From assembly GCF_002310835.1 (NCBI RefSeq), contig NZ_CP011041.1, positions 1,830,001-1,862,000 of the forward strand: 32,000 nucleotides of DNA, read 5' to 3'. Below, piece after piece: positions 27,100-32,000 of the stretch (the first letter of the stretch is position 1; every line of letters begins with the position of its first letter). This DNA comes from Pseudoalteromonas tetraodonis (GTDB taxonomy: Bacteria; Pseudomonadota; Gammaproteobacteria; Enterobacterales; Alteromonadaceae). The notes under the pieces were generated by a model. The model was not told where the DNA came from and ran no database searches. It saw only the letters and a list, made by a program, of their open reading frames with translations. Made by a program: the position numbers and the translations under genes.

Positions 27100-27147
27100 C
27101 GTGAATTACTAGGAAAATTAAGCGCTTAAAACTGAAAAAAATTCACG
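27100..27147. promoter_or_regulatory. 48-bp nested dyad CGTGAATT-N10-TTAAGCGCTTAA-N10-AATTCACG upstream of alaA
   Basis: Read directly. A perfect 12-bp palindrome is flanked, about the same centre, by a perfect 8-bp inverted repeat. It lies 48-95 nt upstream of the alaA ATG and 34 nt downstream of the Hpt stop. Confidence 0.4.
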
Positions 27148-27180
27148 TTAACACTCTTTTTTATTACTATTGAAACGCGT

Positions 27181-27525
27181 TTAGCGCCCAGCTAACCATG
27201 CATTTAGTTTTGCTTGTGAACCAGTAACTTGCGCCATTAATCCATCGGCTGCATTAACAGCCTGCTCGTCATTCCCATTATTTAAATTATATTCAATTAA
27301 ACGAGCAACTTCGGCTAAACTTGCCGCACCAAATTGAGCGGCGTTTGATTTAAGGCTATGAGAGTGGCGAATAGCAGCCTCTTTATCTTGCCCAATCGCA
27401 GCAATTGCTTCGTTACCCAATCGCTCAAATTCCGCACAACAAAATTCCAACGTATCTGGAAATTGTTCACCTAATAGCGATTCCATACTTTCTAAAGCGG
27501 ATTCGTCAATATTGATCTCTGTCAT
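27181..27525 (-). CDS. stand-alone histidine phosphotransfer (Hpt) protein
   Basis: About 114 aa, with the phosphorylatable His in HSLKSNAAQFGA. The start is probably the ATG at 27525 (GAAGGG, then 7 nt); the longest ORF starts at the TTG at 27540. Confidence 0.7.
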   Translation of the reverse strand: MTEINIDESALESMESLLGEQFPDTLEFCCAEFERLGNEAIAAIGQDKEAAIRHSHSLKSNAAQFGAASLAEVARLIEYNLNNGNDEQAVNAADGLMAQVTGSQAKLNAWLAGR

Positions 27526-27615
27526 ATTCATGCCCTTCAATACGGTCCATCGATTTTCTTCTTATCTCTTACTCTATATCTAAGCACAAAAAAAACCAAC
27601 TTTATTAGTGCTAAA

Positions 27616-28251
27616 ATGTATAATTACGGCAAATGTACCAACGAAATAGTGTATTCAATGGCACGTCCTCTTTGTAAACAGTGTAACTTTTCGCTAAGCA
27701 CTTGTATTTGCAGCGCAATTATCCGTGTTAATAACCAAACACAGGTTATTATTTTGCAGCACCCCAGTGAAGCAAAAGTTAGCAAAAATACGGCGCAGCT
27801 ATTAGCTTTGGGTTTAACCCACTGTAAAATTATTAGAGGCGAAAATAATCAAGACTTCGCCTGTTTACAGAACCTGCCTGTTGAATCGAGCGTATTACTC
27901 TACCCAAGCGAGAGCGCCGTAAAATTAGACCGACCGAATAGTAAAGAAAATCTACAAGAGATTACGCATTTAATTGTGATTGATGGTACATGGAATAAAG
28001 CTTTTAAAATTTTGCAATTAACCCCGTTATTACAACAGTTTAAAACGGTAAGCTTTAGCCATATTCCCACCAACCGTTATGCTATTCGTAAAGCCCCTAG
28101 AGCAGATAGTTTATCGACACTAGAAGCAGTAGCACATAGTTTATGGCTCATAGAAGCACTAAACCCTGCGCCCTTGTATGGTTTATTAGAGGAATTAATA
28201 AAAAAACAAACCCAACACATGCCCGCTCACGTAAAAGCACGTTACTTGTAA
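27616..28251 (+). CDS. tapT: DTW-domain tRNA-uridine aminocarboxypropyltransferase (YfiP/TapT-like)
   Basis: 211 aa with an N-terminal Cys cluster (CKQCNFSLSTCIC) and the DGTW motif (VIDGTWNKA). An alternative start is the ATG at 27658. Confidence 0.75.
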   Translation: MYNYGKCTNEIVYSMARPLCKQCNFSLSTCICSAIIRVNNQTQVIILQHPSEAKVSKNTAQLLALGLTHCKIIRGENNQDFACLQNLPVESSVLLYPSESAVKLDRPNSKENLQEITHLIVIDGTWNKAFKILQLTPLLQQFKTVSFSHIPTNRYAIRKAPRADSLSTLEAVAHSLWLIEALNPAPLYGLLEELIKKQTQHMPAHVKARYL

Positions 28252-28276
28252 TGTATGAGCTGAAATAAAATAACCG

Positions 28277-29062
28277 ATGCGTAATACCACATCTCGATTA
28301 AAACGCGGATTTTCTCGCCAAGGCCCCGACTATCGTTTTGACGATCAAGTCGATTTTAGTGATATAAGAACCACATTTGGTTTTCGTTCTATGGTGGTTG
28401 GTAAATGGGTTACTAAAGAAGAGCGCTTTATTAGTGCCAACTTAATTTATGATGCGCTGGCTGATTTAGCGCAGATTTTGCATTTACCACCCACTGCCAT
28501 TGGCCTGCGTGGCAAACTTAATTTCGCTTTTGGTCACGGTGGACAAAAAGGCGTGCAAGCACATTATAATGCGTATGACCAAACCTTAGCACTGGCTAAA
28601 AATGCAGGCGGTGGCGCTTTAGCCCATGAATGGTTTCATGCTTTTGATCATCATATTAGTGAGCATTTGTTTAAATCAAAAACCCGCTTTGGTTTCGCTT
28701 CTAAGTTATGGTTATCACACTCTCCCGACTTAAGCCATCCACTTAATGATGCACTTAATCAATTTTATAAACAGGTGTTTTTAGAGCAAAGCGGTGAACA
28801 TGCCAATGAATTTGTAAATAAATGCATTGCGTTTGATAAAGCGCATAATCAGCAGTATATGAGTATGCCAGAGGAGCTTGCTGCTCGGTGTTTTGAAGCC
28901 TGTATCAACGAGCATCAAACAATCAAAAACAGTTTTTTAGTCGGCGGTTTGAGTAATAATAACTTAATTTATCCTGAGCTAAAGCACACGTTACACGCCA
29001 ATGAAGCGCTTAACCATTATTTTCAACTATTAGGTTATGCGCTTCATCAACTAGAAAAATAA
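28277..29062 (+). CDS. hypothetical protein with HExxH (HEWFH) zincin-like motif
   Basis: 261 aa with no signal peptide. HEWFHAFDHH is at residues 117-126 (nt 28625..28654), preceded by FGFRSMVVGKWV and GHGGQKGVQAHY. It sits 25 nt downstream of tapT. Confidence 0.6.
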   Translation: MRNTTSRLKRGFSRQGPDYRFDDQVDFSDIRTTFGFRSMVVGKWVTKEERFISANLIYDALADLAQILHLPPTAIGLRGKLNFAFGHGGQKGVQAHYNAYDQTLALAKNAGGGALAHEWFHAFDHHISEHLFKSKTRFGFASKLWLSHSPDLSHPLNDALNQFYKQVFLEQSGEHANEFVNKCIAFDKAHNQQYMSMPEELAARCFEACINEHQTIKNSFLVGGLSNNNLIYPELKHTLHANEALNHYFQLLGYALHQLEK

Positions 29063-29079
29063 GCTATTGTTTAGCTCAG

Positions 29080-29664
29080 TTATTTATCGTCACTGATACG
29101 ACTTGCTACCGCACTATTCTGATCTTTATATTTTGCATCAATGCGGGTGTTATAAGGGCTTTCACACGGACCGGTAAGTGTTTCAAAACTCATTGCGCCA
29201 ATTTTCATCATAGGTCTGAGCGCAAGCGGCAGCTTACCAGAGTTATAAAACTCTAAAACAATATTACCACTCCAACCAGGATCGATTCTGTGTGCTGTAA
29301 CATGCACCATTAAACCCAAACGTGCCAGCGATGAACGCCCGTCTAACCAACCAACAATGTCTGCAGGTAGGGTTACTTTTTCATAGGTTATTGCCAACGC
29401 AAGCTCGCCAGGATGTAGAAAAAACGCTTCGCCTTCAGCTAATACAATTTCGTCGCTCATGATTGATTCTAACGCTTTATTAAGCTGATCTTTTGGACCA
29501 CTTAGATCAACATAAGCGGCATTATGGGCATGAAATGTTCTAAACTTATTACCTAAGCGAAGATCAGCGGTAACCCCTGAAATCATTTCACTCGTTGGCG
29601 CGGGCTCGATAACAATGCGCCCATCGTTTAAGTATTCTTTAATATGTGTATCTGAAAGTCTCAT
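29080..29664 (-). CDS. dcd: dCTP deaminase
   Basis: 194 aa. The N-terminus [21 protein letters not shown] and the overall sequence parallel E. coli Dcd. Confidence 0.95.
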   Translation of the reverse strand: MRLSDTHIKEYLNDGRIVIEPAPTSEMISGVTADLRLGNKFRTFHAHNAAYVDLSGPKDQLNKALESIMSDEIVLAEGEAFFLHPGELALAITYEKVTLPADIVGWLDGRSSLARLGLMVHVTAHRIDPGWSGNIVLEFYNSGKLPLALRPMMKIGAMSFETLTGPCESPYNTRIDAKYKDQNSAVASRISDDK

Positions 29665-29666
29665 TT

Positions 29667-30743
29667 TTAATCTTCCGTAATCACAACGTCAATCGCGTTG
29701 TGATGTTGTTGATAGTAAAGCGTGCTGGCAATCAATCGTGCGGCCGCGCTGTAAGTTTTGCTAATAGCCGCATCTGTATCATCGGCAATCAACTTACCTT
29801 GCTCAGAGGATTCTCTGATATCAATCGCAAGCGGAATATGCGAAAGCACAGGCACACCATGCTTAAGGGCTAATTTTTGTGCACCGTCTTTACCAAATAC
29901 ATGGTTGGCCTCGCCGCAATGCCCACAAATGTAATGGCTCATATTTTCAATCAAACCGAGCACTGGCACATTTACTTTATTAAACATAGCAATACCCTTT
30001 TGCGCATCAGCAAGCGCTAAGTCTTGTGGCGTCGTGACAATCACGGTGCCACTGGCTGGCACTTTTTGGCTCATGGTTAATTGAATATCACCGGTACCTG
30101 GCGGCATATCTACAATTAAATAATCAAGTTCACCCCAATCGGTTTCATTTAAAAGTTGACTAAGCGCGCCTGAGGCCATTGGGCCGCGCCATACGGTCGC
30201 ATCATCGCTGGGGACTAAAAAACCGATAGATTGCGCTTTAATACCATTGGCATCAAACGGTTGTAATTGTTTATTGTCTTTTGTAACCGGCTCACTGCCA
30301 ACTAATCCTAACAACATAGGAATTGACGGACCGTAAATGTCGGCATCTAGTATGCCTACTTTTGCGCCTTCATTTTTAAGCGAGCCCGCAAGATTTACAG
30401 CCGTAGTAGATTTACCCACCCCACCTTTTCCTGAGGCGACTAAAACAATATGTTTAATGGCTTTAAACTTCGCAGCTTCTTTGAGGTGAACATTAGCCGT
30501 TACGTTTACATCAACCTTTAAACGCTCAGTCAAAAATTGAGCCACGTGCGGCATTTCAGATTGCGCCGCAAAAGGGAGAATGAGTTTAACCGTAATTGAT
30601 TTATCGGTGTTTTGAGTGATATCAGCAATGAAATCTTGCTCAATACCCACAGCGAAAGCGGCACTGCGATAGGCCGCTAGAGCAGAAATAATCGGTTGTT
30701 TTTGCACCGATTTTGCAGAGAATAGTTTCGACAGTCCAAACAT
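29667..30743 (-). CDS. apbC: iron-sulfur cluster carrier ATPase ApbC/Mrp
   Basis: 358 aa with deviant Walker [12 protein letters not shown] and the CxxC motif (ICGHCG). It is divergent from metG, as in E. coli. Confidence 0.9.
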   Translation of the reverse strand: MFGLSKLFSAKSVQKQPIISALAAYRSAAFAVGIEQDFIADITQNTDKSITVKLILPFAAQSEMPHVAQFLTERLKVDVNVTANVHLKEAAKFKAIKHIVLVASGKGGVGKSTTAVNLAGSLKNEGAKVGILDADIYGPSIPMLLGLVGSEPVTKDNKQLQPFDANGIKAQSIGFLVPSDDATVWRGPMASGALSQLLNETDWGELDYLIVDMPPGTGDIQLTMSQKVPASGTVIVTTPQDLALADAQKGIAMFNKVNVPVLGLIENMSHYICGHCGEANHVFGKDGAQKLALKHGVPVLSHIPLAIDIRESSEQGKLIADDTDAAISKTYSAAARLIASTLYYQQHHNAIDVVITED

Positions 30744-30825
30744 AGCAATAAAATAGCGTTTCTTTGATGAAAAGTGCCACGGAATTATGTAACATTCAGG
30801 GCATTAACACCAGTCAATTAGTAAA

Positions 30826-30868
30826 TATCGATAAGCAGTGTGCTCTGTTATCACTTTGCTTATCGATA
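30826..30868. promoter_or_regulatory. 12-bp perfect inverted repeat (TATCGATAAGCA / TGCTTATCGATA) with a 19-nt spacer in the apbC-metG divergent region
   Basis: Read directly. Located 53-95 nt upstream of the metG ATG. Confidence 0.35.
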
Positions 30869-30920
30869 ATGTAATAATTTTCATCTGTTCCTGACTAGGA
30901 ACGCTTAATTCGGAATGATT

Positions 30921-32000
30921 ATGGCACAGCGAAAGATCCTGATTACTAGCGCATTACCTTATGCCAATGGCCCTACCCATTTAGGGCATTTATTAGAGTA
31001 TATTCAAACTGATATTTGGTCGCGTTTTCAAAAACTACAAGGCCACGAAGCATACTATGTGTGCGCCGATGATGCTCATGGCACACCTATTATGCTTAAT
31101 GCGCAAAAGCAAGGGATCACGCCTGAGGAAATGGTAAAAAACGTTAGTATCGAGCGCCAACGCGACTTTGCTGATTTTAATATCAAATTTGATAATTACC
31201 ACAGTACCCATAGCCAAGAGAATAAAGAATTTAGTGAGCTTATTTATAACCGCCTTAACGATGCCGGTCATATCAAAAAGCACACTATTTCACAGTTATT
31301 CGATCCAGAAAAAGGCATTTTTCTGCCAGATCGCTTTGTTACTGGCACGTGTCCTACATGTAAATCAGAAGATCAGAACGGGGATAGCTGTGATGCCTGT
31401 GGCGCAACCTACAGCCCAACCGAGCTAATCAACCCACGCTCTGTTATGTCGGGTGCTGAGCCTATCTTAAAAGATTCTGAGCATTACTTTTTTGATTTAC
31501 CCGCCTTTGAAGACATGCTTAAAGAGTGGCTACATTCAGGCACAATTCAACAAGAAATGGCCAACAAGTTAGATGAGTGGTTTGCCGATGGTCTCCAGCA
31601 ATGGGACATCAGCCGTGATGCACCTTATTTTGGTTTTGAAATTCCAAACGCACCAGGTAAATACTTTTACGTATGGCTAGATGCGCCTATTGGTTATATG
31701 GCGAGCTTTAAAAACTTATGTGACAAACAAGGCATCGACTTTGATGCATTTTGGCAAGAAGGTTCAGACGCTGAGCTTTATCACTTTATTGGTAAAGACA
31801 TCATCTATTTCCACAGCCTATTTTGGCCTGCTATGTTAGAAGGCGCTCAATTTAGAAAGCCAACTAATGTGTTCGCCCATGGTTTTGTTACGGTCAATGG
31901 CGCAAAAATGTCTAAATCAAAAGGCACGTTTATTAAAGCGCGTACTTATTTAGATAACCTAGACCCAGAATTTTTACGTTACTACTACGCAGCTAAACTT
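30921..32000 (+). CDS. metG: methionine--tRNA ligase (5' part; continues past the window end)
   Basis: My own translation from the ATG at 30921 is open for 360 codons to the window edge. It reads [27 protein letters not shown] (HLGH motif), with zinc knuckles [18 protein letters not shown] and KMSKS (AKMSKSKG). It is absent from the ORF track because no stop lies in the window. Confidence 0.95.
   Translation, partial: MAQRKILITSALPYANGPTHLGHLLEYIQTDIWSRFQKLQGHEAYYVCADDAHGTPIMLNAQKQGITPEEMVKNVSIERQRDFADFNIKFDNYHSTHSQENKEFSELIYNRLNDAGHIKKHTISQLFDPEKGIFLPDRFVTGTCPTCKSEDQNGDSCDACGATYSPTELINPRSVMSGAEPILKDSEHYFFDLPAFEDMLKEWLHSGTIQQEMANKLDEWFADGLQQWDISRDAPYFGFEIPNAPGKYFYVWLDAPIGYMASFKNLCDKQGIDFDAFWQEGSDAELYHFIGKDIIYFHSLFWPAMLEGAQFRKPTNVFAHGFVTVNGAKMSKSKGTFIKARTYLDNLDPEFLRYYYAAKL

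Noticed and set aside
29646-29873. 75-aa plus-strand ORF spanning the dcd/apbC junction
   Set aside because: It is antisense to two well-supported genes.
31035-31428. ORFs 31035..31283 (minus) and 31168..31428 (plus)
   Set aside because: Both overlap the metG reading frame, which is open to the window edge and carries HLGH and KMSKS.

Overview
This window reads as core chromosome of a roughly 40% GC marine gammaproteobacterium. Gene content and protein sequences look Pseudoalteromonas/Alteromonadales-like, but that is inference. It is densely coded, with about 32 CDS, and contains several blocks syntenic with E. coli: pepN; prc-proQ-msrC; tRNA-Ser(UGA)/yccA/tusE; mnmA-hflD-purB; roxA; apbC divergent from metG. 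Two identical tandem tRNA-Ser(UGA) genes are present. I see no rRNA, CRISPR array, IS element, integrase, prophage or recognisable defence module. Genes acting on the translation apparatus are enriched: tusDCBE, mnmA, rluE, tapT, roxA, metG and the tRNA genes. Many junctions are translationally coupled, with TAATG overlaps at 2531, 14877, 18529 and 22106 and ATGA overlaps at 17577 and 17930. The ORF track uses longest ORFs with GTG/TTG starts, so I trimmed several N-termini using SD spacing and homolog N-termini: pepN, nhaC, prc, yccA, rluE, the Hpt gene and the small membrane protein. metG is absent from the track because it runs off the right edge. The only multi-gene unit I consider poorly understood is the DUF1302 / DUF1329 / BNR(Ycf48-like) / RND-MMPL-type cluster at 210..7125. 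Three smaller leads follow: a stand-alone HEWFH protein (28277..29062), a hyper-acidic 92-aa protein coupled to the GAF-type fRMsr gene, and an orphan Hpt protein. Several strong dyad symmetries sit in intergenic regions. I find no compelling evidence for a wholly new system beyond these. All family assignments come from motif and sequence recognition by eye and need profile searches to confirm.
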